Of a DNA stretch of 64,000 nt, positions 12,950 through 26,401 are shown one piece after another. Source of the stretch: Larinioides sclopetarius (taxonomy: Eukaryota); assembly GCA_964023285.1 (NCBI GenBank), contig CAXIEN010000093.1, positions 2,311,739 to 2,375,738 on the forward strand. Reading direction: 5' to 3'. The notes beneath the pieces were generated by a model that ran no database searches, was not told the origin of the DNA, and saw only the letters and a list, made by a program, of their open reading frames with translations. How positions within the stretch are numbered: the stretch's first letter is position 1; every line of letters starts with the position of its first letter. The translations under genes and the position numbers were made by a program.

Positions 12950-13095
12950 CCAATTCCGCCACCCTTACGAAAATTTCAGTCATAGCTCTATAGAATTATG
13001 GCTGGTTTTTCTATAGCCTATAGAAAAACCACCCATAATTCTATAGAATTCTTATGATATTTTCATAAGGGCAAGGGCTCAGGATGATCTTTTGG
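12950..13095. repeat. Palindromic/hairpin repeat
   Basis: ctatagaattatggctggtttttctatag | ctatagaaaaaccacccataattctatag forms a near-perfect palindrome. The outer arms ccttacgaaaat / attttcataagg are also inverted. Confidence 0.7.
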
Positions 13096-15540
13096 TACGA
13101 CCCTGCTAGAGTGCCTTTATAAAGACACTCTAGGCACATCATTTTCCGGTAATCATAAAAAGTCAAAAGGAAACTACAAAAATTCTAACATTCTGTTTGA
13201 AGATAGTAATTAATGTTAAATGTGATTTTTTTAATGTTATCCCTTAAGATTTCTTTGAGAATATTTAATTTAATTTTGCTATCGTTGTAGCTTTTTTTTT
13301 CTTCTTAAGATAAAAACCTAAATGCTGAGGGATGTTGATGCAATTATTCTTATCGCTCATTTTACCTACGCCGACCGAAAAATTTCTTTAGTTGCTAAAT
13401 TTTTAAACATGTAATTCTAAAATTACCAACGGTTAAATATTTAACCAAACGATTTAGCTTATTCTAATAGTTTGAATTTAAATACTTTAGAGGCTTTTCT
13501 TAACCGATTTAAAAAAAAGAAAATGTACAAACTCAAAGTTTTGTTTACTAAAGAAAGACCGATACAAACTTGGCGCTTGATTCCATTTCCAAATGGCTTT
13601 GGCGATTGCTTGAATCGGAAGGTTACCAAAAAACGGTCTAGAGAGGTTCAGAATTTAAACAATTTTGGAAACTTGTCCATAAACGAGGATATATTTTTTT
13701 TCTTTTCTATGTTCTTCAGCTCTTCTGAAGTTATCAAATTGGTATGGTAGTATAGTGACTGGAAGAAGGCTTCTTCTAGCACTATAATGGTAGTAAGAGC
13801 CTGAATCTATTAATGGACCTTATGCGTGTGATGTCAAATACGCCGACATGTGACATTTTGGGCTGTAGTCATTGATCAGTTTTTACAGCTAATAGGCAAA
13901 CTCTGAGCATCATTGGCTGTTCACTGTCAGCTGTTATTTCATACCCACCTATTGCAATAGGTCCATTGTAATTCTTATATAAAACTTTGCACAATTCAAC
14001 AAAATTTTATTGAAAAATGCTTTAATGCTACATAAAGAATTCCAAATTTTTAAAATCCATTACATTTTGCTTAATCATTCCTATGATTTGGAGTAAGACA
14101 AAGCATTTAAACCGTAATATCCTCGTGTCTTTGTTACTAGATTGATCGGAAATCTACCGATTCCTGGAGTGTTTTTGATGTCATGGTATTATAAAATAAA
14201 TAAACTGACGTCTTTTATTATTATCCTATTCATAAAAGTCGAACAAGCTGAATCATTTTTATTGTCCACTAGAGTAAATCCGGAAGCATAGTGCATGGGC
14301 GGTGCTTCCATCTGTTTGTTTTCGATTACAGTCAAGTGATGCAATCCGAAGGATCTTGCCGGTGTGTTTTGATTATTTAAAACAAGACGAAAGCGGACGA
14401 AGTTCAGCTGGTATGTAATTAAATTAATCGTTGAATTATTATTTGTAGAAACTTGTATAGAATCTGCAAAAGATTTTATAAAAATATTATTGAATCTTAT
14501 ATTACTTAATTATAAAATTGTTTCCACAATATCTTATCAAAATTTATCGGTTAAAGAGAATTTTTTTTGCATCTGGATTTTATTTCTTTCGTCCTTTTTC
14601 AGAAAATCATTGGAATTAATCAATAAAAAATGTAGTCGACTTTTTAAACCTTAATTGAAAACTCCGATCAGTTCAGCGATATTTCGAATATGTATGTCAA
14701 AATGTTAATAATGTCTATATCATAGTGTCAACTAAACAAAAGTACACGGTACAGTGCCAAACTTGTAGCCTTTTTTGGCTATAAATTGTCTAATGTGTTA
14801 TCCCAATTACAATATATTTATGTTGTGTTTGGCGAGTTTTCCATCTGTCTATTCTTTCAAAGAATTTGAAAAGAAATATTTAAGATTTATTTTTAGCTGG
14901 GATGCATAAAATCTGTGTTCTAATGCAATTTTTCCAAAGAAATGTAGGTATCAAAATTTCCTTAAAGAGAATCTTTGCATATTTCTTCTCTATCTTATTA
15001 AGAGTATCTTATTCAATATTTTAAATGGTGTGCTTTGTATATCCACATTATTTTTATATTATTAAAGGCCTCTGGTTGTGTATATATATGTTGTACAATA
15101 CATTTCTGAATTTATTCTATGTTTTAAGCATTTTACAATATTGTAGACTATTTCGTTCTATTTCAGACTCTTTTTATCTCGGTTGTGCTTGATTTTCAGA
15201 ATTTCAATAATGTAGTGTAAAAAATATTTCCTCATTAACTATTCAGATTAATTTATGTTTATTCCAAAGCATCTATCTATGAAGTTTTAAGTATAATTTT
15301 TGTTTGAAAAGTGTAAATCCATTTGATGGCATTTTGAAATTTTCAAAGGTTCAATTTTCAGTTTAAAATTCTTAGAATTGCAATTATCTAAAGTGTATTT
15401 TTAAAAATAATATTCCACATCAGCTGTTCTGAACCTTTTGGGTTGTGTGGACCACGAGCCATCCAAAATATGTAAACAATATTTTGAATCCTACTATAAG
15501 TAAGTGCACAAATAAAAATTACACTCATTTATATATACAT

Positions 15541-16741
15541 TAAGACGCCGAATATCCATCGTTCGTTGGATTTTTTGGATAGTTTAGGTTATTGACTTAA
15601 TTTACGAAGAAAATGCATTTAGCTATTGACTAAGCAATAAATATGAAAATTAATGTAAAAAATTATATGTTACAATTTTAAAACATTTATTATTTTTTTC
15701 GTATAATTTAATTCTTGTTGAATTTCAATCAAAAGCATGGAATTTACTATGGGACATACATAATATTGACGCCATTTTAACATCTATAGATATTTTCTGG
15801 CTGCCTAATTGAATAAATTATACCAAATGTTAAAAAGGGTTGAATGCAGCTTCGCTTAGTGACCGCAAACCTCCATCTAAATAGGGCCAATCATCACTGT
15901 GCTTTTAAGCTGCCACTGCTTTAAGGATGCCCAAGAATAGTTCATGGTAGTTTAGGAGATACAGCTGAGATATACGGCGCCCAAGGCGACTTGGTGAGAT
16001 TTGGTTTGATTGGCGACTTTTCGCGTTTGCGTCTATCACGCGTTTTAAAACGCAATCCGCCATTTTGACGATCGGAAGTTCGAGCTTTCCATTTCTGGGC
16101 AATAAAGAAACTAGTTGCCTAACAGTTAATTTAAAAGCGAAGCCGGCGATGTTTTTTTAAGTTAAAAAAATTTGCCCGGAACGCATAGAACTTAATGTAT
16201 ACGTTAAGAACTTTTCTTCATAAGAAACTAAACGTACCCGCCATCTTGAATAACGATTACAACTCGCCAAGCCGCTATGTTTGTTTACATTGAAAAGTCG
16301 CCAAATCGTCTTGGGCGCCGTATATCCCAGCTGTTCCGTTTAGGAATGCAAAATTAGATAATTCTTAGAAATTTGAAAATACAGTCATATCTTACAGAAA
16401 TCATGATTTTTAGTAAATATTTAAAGTAAAATCACTTGCAAGTGTTAAGTAATTTCACTTGTAAAAGTATTTATTTTGTAACTAAAAAGAAAATGAATAC
16501 AGTCGAAATTTAAGCATGATGGAATATTGAAAAACGCTTCTCAAGATTAATTTTCTGGTGCCAACATTTGTGATTTGTGCCTAGCAGCCTATTCTCTACT
16601 TTCTACTTAAGATGGAACAGAATATATCAGCCAAAAAAATTTTTTAATGAAAACAAAATGTAGACAAAATAAATTTTTGGTAAAATTAACGGTCAAAACT
16701 GTCTGGTTTTTAGGAGTCCAGATTTATTGGTGTCATTCTGT
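15541..16741. mobile_element. Non-autonomous Tc1/mariner-type element, family M copy 1 (about 840 bp plus a 362-bp nested insertion). Its termini are more diverged than in copies 2 and 3.
   Basis: Collinear with 34614-35438 and 55841-56863. Shared internal blocks include ttattgacttaatttac.aagaaaatgcatttagct, ccactgcttaaaagg..cccaagaa and ttggtgaaattaacggt.aaaa.tgt.cagtttttt.gagtc.gg.tta. Confidence 0.8.
15967..16328. mobile_element. Nested MITE (362 bp) with 28-bp terminal inverted repeats inserted into family-M copy 1. Target-site duplication CAGCTG (or AGCT).
   Basis: Left end gagatatacggcgcccaaggcgacttgg. Reverse complement of the right end gggatatacggcgcccaagacgatttgg (26/28 match). Flanks ...atacagctg|[insert]|cagctgttcc. 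Paralogous copies at 35.07 kb and 56.53 kb read straight through (ggtagttttagagtttaaaattag), so they act as empty sites. Confidence 0.85.
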
Positions 16742-16862
16742 CTCTCTCTCTCTATATATATACACACATACTTGTCAGTGATTAGTACAGCTTGCTGTAA
16801 AAGGATTTAAAAGCTAGAAAAAAGTGAAAACTCTTGTAGCTTTAATGATTTCAATTTTTTGA

Positions 16863-17677
16863 CTAGAGGTCTGAAGGGTAAAAGTTCAGATAACGGTGCC
16901 ACTTTATTTCTACGAAAGTGGTCGCTAATTTATTGTCGCCAATAGGGCGATAGCTTTGCGACGGTGGAATGCGATGGTAGAATTTGTTTCGTTTCTCGCG
17001 CGAAAGTTCCGCTGATTTTTTGTTTGTTTGTTTTTTTCTTCTCTCTTCTGGAACGCAATTATTTCTATAACATGATGAATTTTTTTTCCCGCTGCGCACG
17101 CAATGCCTGCGGCATTGCAAACGTGTACCGGGCAATTATTTTAACTAAAAAAAAACTTCAGCGGCTTCGCTTTCAGCATAGCAGGCAAATCGTAGCTTCG
17201 CTAATAAAGTGAACGTATGGAATCCTTCGCTTTTTTTTAAAATTCATTTTCAGATAGTTACTGGAGAACCTGTTAGTTGATGGTAAGTTTAGGAAATTAA
17301 AAATACTAATTATGAATTGAAACAATAACGTTTCATTCACCTTTTCTGCTTTAGCGAAACAAAATCAGCTATTTACTGGCGAAAATAAAAAACCAGAATT
17401 CTGAAAAGCAAACGATATTGTTTTAAAATGAAAATTCTAAGAACTCGACCAACCAGAATACATCTTAAAGTCACATGATAATTGAAATGCAATCAACGAA
17501 CGCGAAACAGAATTCCAAGTCTTGTTGCGCAAACTGGACACAATTTAAGACATTTCTGCACATACCAAACAATTATTACACGTCGCCAATCTATCCTATT
17601 CTTGGCGTCAAAGAATCGTCTTGTTTATAGGTTAGAAGTAGCCGCGCACCGTTATCTGAACTTTAACCGTCTGAAGC
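16863..17677. repeat. About 815-bp segment bounded by 33-bp inverted repeats. The interior contains a palindrome (gcaatgcctgcggcattgc) and a possible 5-prime exon with GTAAGT donor at 17255.
   Basis: 16863 ggtctgaagggtaaaagttcagataacggtgcc. Reverse complement of 17643-17677 is gcttcagacggttaaagttcagataacggtgcgcc. Confidence 0.5.
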
Positions 17678-20600
17678 TGTCTAATACCCTATCTACGACT
17701 CATAAACGGTTCATGACCCACAAGTTGGGAACTGCTGTTTTATATGATCAGAATATTCTCATACCAGATTACATTTCATCTTTAAAAAAATGTTGATATT
17801 GTTTATGAAAGCTTACATGATTATTTTCTTACTACCAAATCTTTAAGTCAATGTCTTTAATATTAATATAATATTAAAGTTTATTTTGATTATAAAAATT
17901 ACTATTTAAAATTCTGTGTTTAAAAATTATTATCTGTAAACATATAAAAATTATTTATATATCTTGGTTGTATAATGTTAAATATATATATATTATGTGG
18001 GTTTTTTAGCATTATAGTAATGCTTATGCTAATACAGTGGACGCCTATTTTAAAGACCACTGCTGTAGTTACTGCTTTCAAAGAGATTTTAAATCTATCT
18101 CCAGGAACTGAGATACTATATGCCTACAGTCACTGCAACTTGATAGTCACCCATTGATTTTTACTATTTTAGATATTTATGACAAGCTTTGTGGTCTAGG
18201 TTTTACATTTTTATTCTGTTGGGTATCAGCACATGTTGGTTATGAACAGGCTGGGCTTCCACTCTTTTTCATTCAACAGTACCTGTAAATTATCTTAAAA
18301 AGTTTGTCAAAAACCAGAGTCATTCAAACTGGCAGAGCCAGTGGAATAATGCAATGCAATACAAATTTCATGCAGCTTAGCCAACTATACTAGAATGGAA
18401 ATCCTTTAGTAACAGGAAAAGGGGTACTGTTCTAACGCAACTGTGTATTGGCCATACCCAATTCACTCTTCGGCTTTTGATACTGGGAGAAGTACCTTCT
18501 ACGTGCCTGCGTTTTGAATGTACCACACCCGTTTACTGATAGAGTGCTCTTTGCAATGGGAATACTTCTTACAGAAACCTTCAATTATCATTTCTACGTT
18601 GATTGGTTTTTACACCACATGATGAACTTTTTTTATTTTTAAATTCCATTAATTTTTATAATCAGATTTAGATTTTTGTCATATTCTCATTGTTTTTTTC
18701 CCCCATTTGTATCCATACATACGAGTTTTTCACACACGGACTGTTTTAAATGTGTTTGAAATTTAATTTACATTGATATAATTATGACATTTCATCTGGC
18801 CTTGTATACCAACATATGGCTGTTGTGCCAATAAACCAAAACTATTTCTAAACTAGCATTAATTTACATATTACAGTAACAGAGTTTTTATCCAGTGACC
18901 CAAATTCAGAATGACCCGAAAACTGGCAATTTTTTTACCAATCAAAAATTTTCAACTTGCCTCCACTTTCTGTAATTTTCCTTTCGTTTCTCAACACAGG
19001 AATGAGTTCCTTCAAATTTCTGACTTCTTTTATATTACATTTAAATTATCTGTCTGCCATGGAATTTATTTTGCTAAATGTACAAGACCCCTTTTATTAT
19101 GGACGTTGGACTCCTTACATATTTCCTCTTCTAATCGGCAATAGTCAAAGTTTCGATTATGTCATCATCTACTCAGTCAGATTTCATTATGATGAATTAG
19201 AAAGGGAGGGAAGGAGACAGTTTGTTGGCGATTTTTGAGTGATCACTGTGTTTGAGGGATGTTGCAATTTGATTTAACTATTTTTATTTTTTATAGAATT
19301 TTAACTTTGTTTACTATAGAAGAAAACTTTTTCTTGACTTGCTGGGACTTTTAGAGAGGAAAAAATGCATTTCGCAATTCCAAGTTAAATATTATTTTTT
19401 CAAATCATTTTTTTCTTTTTGTATCGGGAAAATGGTGTTCCTGATCTTGCCGGATAAAGGTTCTGCTTCTGTATATGTTTTATATATATATTACTGTGTA
19501 TAAGCTGAGAATTTTTGGCCGAGTTTCCAAAACTAAAGTAAAGGGTTTGGCTTGTATACAGACCTAGTTAACAAGCAAAAAAAGGTAGGTACTTTTCTAT
19601 CAGCAGAGTGGAGTTTTTCCTCCATGGAAGCAGGAAACATATACTGAATTTCGGCGTGTCCGCTATTTCGCAACATCTAATGAGAATTGCCGAGATGTAG
19701 TGTCATCAGTCAAATATTCATTTAGCTCGTCTGGCCATAGAACTGAAATATGACCATCTTTCATAAAAGAGAAAGCCACAAAATGGTGAAGGGTAAGGGT
19801 GGGTGGAGTCATTCTAGGAAAACCAGGGCAGGAAAACATGTTTTGAAATTGGGAGGGTGGAGACTGAAAAGAAGGCTTTGTGGTTTAGATATATTGATAG
19901 GGTTACCAGAGTTAAAAATATCGACACTGGCGTCTATTGCTCAGCAAATATTTTCGCCCACATAGCGAAATATTGGAAGATTTTTTTATTCTTTTTTCCA
20001 CTTTGGCTTATGTACGGATTTTAAATTTTGGCCACTTTTCCAAATTTAAAGTAGGGATGTCGGCTTATACAATTATGGGCTTATATTTGGAAATATACAG
20101 TATATCTTGTTCTAGTAGGGCATCATTGCCTTAATAAACTCTAAGATTCTGACAAGAAAGCCAGGATCATGGTTGTTAGTATTTAAACAGTATTTTCAAT
20201 TTCAGTAACATTTTCAGATAGAGATTTTTAAATACTATTGATAAATCAAGAGCTTGGGTCCCTAATTGTGAATCAAGACCCCATATATTGGGTCAAAATT
20301 TTTTCACAGGACCTCATTCTTTTTTATGCTTTCACTAAATTTTTTCATTTGTTTGAGTACAATGTATCATAACAAAACAATTAGTAATATACCAGACAAA
20401 ATGCTCAAATTGATATTAAATTTTAGTTCTAGTAAACAAGCTATAGACACTCTCGATCAGCTTTTGAATACAAACACTTGTAATATATTTATAGTTATAT
20501 TTAATTAGCATGCTGGATACTTTTTATAAAGCATTTATTCTCTAGACATCAATAAATAGCCAATAGAATAAAAACAGGTTGACGAAGAGTTTTTTTGTGG

Positions 20601-23600
20601 AAGAACTAGAGAAATTCTTAATTACTTTATATATGCAGGCAAGACAACATCTCCCAATAAATGAAGAATCTTAGGATATACCATATAATATAGGCTCAGG
20701 ATAACAGGCTAAGTGATTCATTTCTATAAACTACTGTTAATCTCAAGCATAAGATTGCAAAAAAATGAAAAAAGAGGAAAAGGCTGTTAAACGGAAAAAT
20801 AGTAAGTTATTTAATAAAAACTGTGAACACAAGACAATGATAAAAACTATAAAAAGATAAAAGTGCAAAAAGACAAATCAGTAGAAAATCTTGGATCCGT
20901 GGAACAATCTCTTGCCTGTAATTTACAGATGAGTAGCAAACATGCTTAATGCAATTTCTTGTCTACTTATCAATAATAATAAAACAAATATGTCGTTTGA
21001 GAATTGTAAAAGGTGTCTGCAAATAGCATGTACCATATTATTGTCCAAGTTATCATTCAAATATCTTTACTTTTAGAATTAATCTTGTATATCTCTAAGC
21101 ATAATATTGTTTTGAAACCAAAGTACTCAAGTTCCTATAGTTAGAATTCAGTGTTCAGGTTATATTGGCCTGAATGTTATATGTGCTTAGTGAATGTGAA
21201 CCAAACAGCCAGATTAAAGAAATATACACAAAATATACGGTGTCTGCCCTTTTATTCTAACCATGCATTTTATTTTAATCATGAAAATTATTTGTTTTTT
21301 AATTTGACGATTTTTGATCAAATTATAGTGTATTAATTTATTTTCTCACTTAAAGTGGATTTTTAATAATAGTTTTAATCTTATTTTTTTTTATTTATTT
21401 TCCACTATTTAGTAAAGACTGATACAAATACATATTTTATATTAGACATAGTAAAAAAAAATTCAATTGCCAAATTCTCCAGTATAAAACACATATTAAA
21501 ATTATTATATATATGTACAATTGCATTTTTAAAATGATTTAATGCCATCAACTTTCGGAAATAGAAATCCATAATGTATTACATGACCACAGCAAATTAA
21601 ATTATTTCGTTCATTGTAAAGTTTATTTAAAATGCTTTTGGGGTATTTGTCAACTTTTTGTATATTACTTGATTTACACAACTCGGATTATCTTGAATTT
21701 GAGATACCCAAATGTTTAAGCTAAGCTAAGGCCTTGCCATCATTGATAAAAACTGCTTTGCACGTGTGGATGCAGGGCAGGCCTTAGGAAATGCAGGGCC
21801 CTACTAGAAGCAATATTGGTTTCTGTATTTCCCAAAGTATAAAAATATGGAGTGGTCATAAATTATTGGACCTATTTTAAAAACGAATTTTAAAAAATAC
21901 TAATAATGTTTTAATTAGGGATGTAATGAATAGTGATTTGGCCGAATAACCAAATACCGAATATTCGGCCAAAAACCAGCCCGAATATCTAATTTTTAAA
22001 AACATTACCTTTTCTTATATTTAATAAAATATTAATCAAACTTTAAATAAAAAAAGAATGATTAATAAAGTTGATTTTAAAATATTTATTACTTTTATTA
22101 AATATTAACGCCTTGTTGTATTTTTGTAGTACTTTTAATAAACTTTAATTCTAAGAATAAGGCAATGACTTTCTAAATAAATTAATAATTAATCTAAATA
22201 AAATATAACAGTATAATATGACACTTAAATTGATTAAAATATTTTTAAAGTTTTAGTTTTTTTTAGAAAATTTTTAATAAGAGAAATAAACAAAAATTTC
22301 TTCTAATCCTTTATGCCTTTCACTTAAATATAATAAAATTTCTTTTCTCCTAGTAAGAATGTTAAGTCATTTCCTTTTAAATGTATACTTGCAATTCTTA
22401 TTCAACTCTATTTACCACCCAAACAAATGCCTTTCCTTTTCTTTGATCCCTAAAATACTACTCCAAACGATACTTGATTTTAATTAGAATAAGTTCGAGT
22501 GTATTGTCTGCCGTGCGGCCCTATTAGGTACAATCATTTCAATCAGCTAAAGGCCGGCCCTGGATGGATGAATCTGATAGCAGAGGGTATGTGAAAATTT
22601 AAAGATTAAGGCTCCAGGAAGGTACGCTGAGTAAAAAATTTTGTGAACACTGAAAGTGATTAAATCACGTTACCATTTTCCAAACTTTATTGCTCAAATA
22701 TAGAACTAAAATTTTAATATAATTTTATAGGTTTAAAAATAGATATAGATATCATTTTTTTGCATAATATTTTGTAATATCTAAAAACTTGCCACTATGT
22801 TAAATTTTAAAGTTTTAGCTTGATTGGAAGTAAGAAATTTATCTCAAAAATTCAAGGAAAAGACACACAAGTTGAATTAAAAGCTAATGATAAACCGTTC
22901 TTTGTTTCTTTTCTATACTTGTAGTTCTTCAGAATCTCCTTTTATAATGTAAAAAAGCTTTGCAATGCTATTTGTTTAGAAAAAAATTTATTTCAAATTT
23001 GGAAAACTTAATAACTTAATTGGTATAAAAAAGGGAGAAATAAAAGTGTTACTAATATAGGTAGTTTATGTAAATTGAATTTAAATTAGATATGCAATGA
23101 ATATCAATAGAATATTTTCAGCTTAAATTATTTTTTTTACTTCTTTTTGAAAACATATTATTAAGGAATTTTAAATGATGTATATGAAAGCGGGGTCTTC
23201 CGAGTTGCATAAAAAAAGCCGAAAATTGACTCCTTGCCAGCCAGATATTTTAAGCAAATTGTAGGAAATGTCGAAATTTGGACAAAAGTTGGGAAACTCA
23301 TCACTGGGCAGAGGAATGAAGGGGGAATAACAGAAAACGGAGTTGAGCCCAAAAATTTTTTGGTGGGTAAAAAAAGCTTGCTGATTTTCGGTTGTCATTC
23401 CAGATTTCAGGTTCCCAGATAAAGGGTCCATTACTGTATCAAAATACTATTTTGATTTTTATGTTGTTGCATGTTAGCTGCCTATGCCCAAAACACTGTT
23501 TATTTTTAAAAATAGAGCATTGAAGGGTTAAATTTACAGAAAATACAGTCTAAATATTTCAAAAAGAAGTTTCTTTTAATTATAGGCATGTTTGATAAAA

Positions 23601-25734
23601 TTTTCAATTTGAAAATTTATTTGCACTTTCTTCATTATAAAAATTTTGATATAACAGCATAGCAGAAAATTAAGATTAGAAAAAAAGAAAATTAGATTAT
23701 TTAATTAATCTGCAACCACATTTAACAATGATTTATAAAATAAACTTTTTAAGTTTGTTAACAATATAGTAGATATTAAAAAAGTCATTTTTTTAAATGG
23801 TAAAATAAGCATTAAAAGTTAGGCAAGGTGTTAAGATCCCCGTTGGCCGCTATTTTGATGACATCATTACTAGTCAATTATGATTAAAATTACCTGTTTT
23901 TAGGTTGGAAAATGATGCATAATCAGCGCACCAAAATTCACAATTTCTTTTTAAAAGTAAAATATTTGTGTTTTTTGCTAATGCACCACACTAATACTGA
24001 AAATAAAAAATTATGTTTTGAATCATTGACAATATATATACGCTTATGTTATTTCTGAATTCAGAGTCATTTACACATTTCTAAAAGGAAATAATGTTTA
24101 TTTGTTGTCTGGACACCACTTGGAATAAAATTGGAAAGGAACGGTATAGAGGATGAAATCTGGACAGTTCAGATTTAAAATAGGTTCAAAACATTTTATT
24201 TTGATTGTTTATTGTCAGAGCTCATTGACCCAAGCCATCTTTCCTCCTTGCCATTCATTGCAATATACCCAAAATTATAAGAAGGGAAAATGCCCAAAAT
24301 TATAAGAAGGGGAAAAAATTGTAACTGAATAAATTCAAGGAAATGTATATATGAAGAAAATGTAAATATGTATTATTGCATGTGTTATTTTAATATTCTT
24401 CCTGCTTGAGAAGAATTTTTTTTGAAGCTTAACTTCTTAAATGAATTTTTTAGGAAAAAAATCTTGTATTTAAATTACTTTTTCTTGGTTCTAAATTTTA
24501 AAGGGAGAGATTATTAGTCAATCTTTATTTGATAAAAACCCACCAATATTGGAAATGAAATTATGCAAAATCCATTAAAAAACTGATAAATTCATACCCT
24601 TTAAAAATACCAATTCTGGTACATCCAAAGTTATTTCAAAGCCCAAGCAAGCAGATTTTTTTTATGTCCAGTCTTCTCATGTAATAGTGGGAAGTTTGTG
24701 TAGGTGGAAGAAAGGATTGTCGCCATTGTGAAAGCTGAGTAATTGGGGAAGATAGAACCCTATCCCTTTAGGCAGTCGAGTTGCAGGCTCTCAGGTAACA
24801 AAACACAAAGCATGAACAGTGAAATCTCTCCGAATGCAACCCCTGCATAGTGGGGACCCCTCTTAATGGCCAGTTTTTCCTGGCACAGATTTTTCAGCCT
24901 ATAGATATAATGTTAAAATAACCTCTCTGAATGGCTGCCTTGTGAGTTCGCTTTGTTTCATATTTCTAACCTTGAGCCTTTCTGTTAAGGGAGGTCATTT
25001 GTTCCTTGCCTCTTAGTGGATTCCGACCATTTTTAGCAAAAATATATGTTCATGCTTGTTTCTTTAGTTTGTCAGTGATTTGAGTTACAACGACTTCAAA
25101 GCACATTTTTTTAAATTTGTGGAGAAAATAGATAAAGTCATTGGAAATTCTGATGTAATGACAAAGAAATCAGTTAAGGATTTACCTTTTTAAACTGAAA
25201 AATAAACTTGAGAAAATGGTTTTTCCCGAGAAGAGTAAAAACTAGAAAACAGTCACAAATTGTATCCTTTTCACCAAAAAATTTCAAGAAATCATGAATT
25301 AAAAGTACTATTTTCTAATTAGTTTACTTTCAAGCTTCATTTTCAATAAGAATTAAGTATCAGACTTATTTATATTATTTATTATAGCAATTATCTTGTA
25401 ACTGTATAGAAAACCCTTCAAATCAGCCAAATTTTCTTGGAATGGAGGTGTGGCCGCTCAGAGAAGTTTCATTGTACCACTATAATAAGTCATCCAGAAT
25501 ATTCCTTCTCTGATTCGATGCCCCTTAAGGAAAGCTAAAACGTATTTCAAAGCTACTCGCTTCTCATCTTGGAGTAATTGTTTCTCAAATTTATTCTTTT
25601 TTTTTCAATGCAATTTTTAATTTACTTTTGTATGAAGATTCCAGTTTATATAGTTTGTAAACTGATTATTGTTGAGCATTCTTAATTTAACTTTCGGTAT
25701 TTCAAAATTTTTCATTTTATCCTTTAGTATCATC

Positions 25735-25859
25735 ATGATGACTGAAGTATTGTGCAAAAATGTTTTCTTGAATGGAACAACTCTAACATCTACAAAAAAT
25801 AAATTTATCTTGGAACCTGAGTCAAGAAATTTGTTTGGTGATGAATTTGCCATAAATAG
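25735..25859 (+). CDS. Candidate first coding exon of a small two-exon gene (MMTEVLCKNVFLNGTTLTSTKNKFILEPESRNLFGDEFAIN), donor AG|GTAAAA
   Basis: ATG follows a pyrimidine-rich tract. The open frame ends at a GT donor, leaving 2 nt (AG) that complete the codon AGC with the first nucleotide of exon 33383-33518. Confidence 0.3.
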
Positions 25860-26401
25860 GTAAAAATTTTTTGTGTTTAAATTTCTTTAAATTAATATTT
25901 ATTATTATATGCATTTAATAAACCTATTAGCCAATTTTTATTGTTAAAGGGATATAGGTAAATTGTTCCAGACACATTTCATAAGCATAAGAAACATACT
26001 TCTAATATTAATTGAAAAATTCAAAAAAATTTATTGCAATCTTAGAGGTCCTTGTTATTATTTTTATTAATTAGTTTTATTACAAAATGACATAAGTTTC
26101 ACTACTCAATCTTGTAACCTGCAAAAACTGTGTTATTTTATATTTTGTACCTATCTGTTTTTTATATGAGTGGATTTTATCTTTTTTTTTCATTAAAAAC
26201 ACGTCACTTGGAATTTGATAAATTAGAGATGAAACTAATACTGAGATATATGTTTTTATATATATATATATTTTAAATCTGAATTGTTTTCTTTTAGTTT
26301 TTTTATATTGTGCACTAGATTGGTTATAAAATTTAGAGAACTAATGCCTATTATTTTTTAATGCATTTGAAGTATTAGATACTGAATAATACCCAACAAA
26401 G

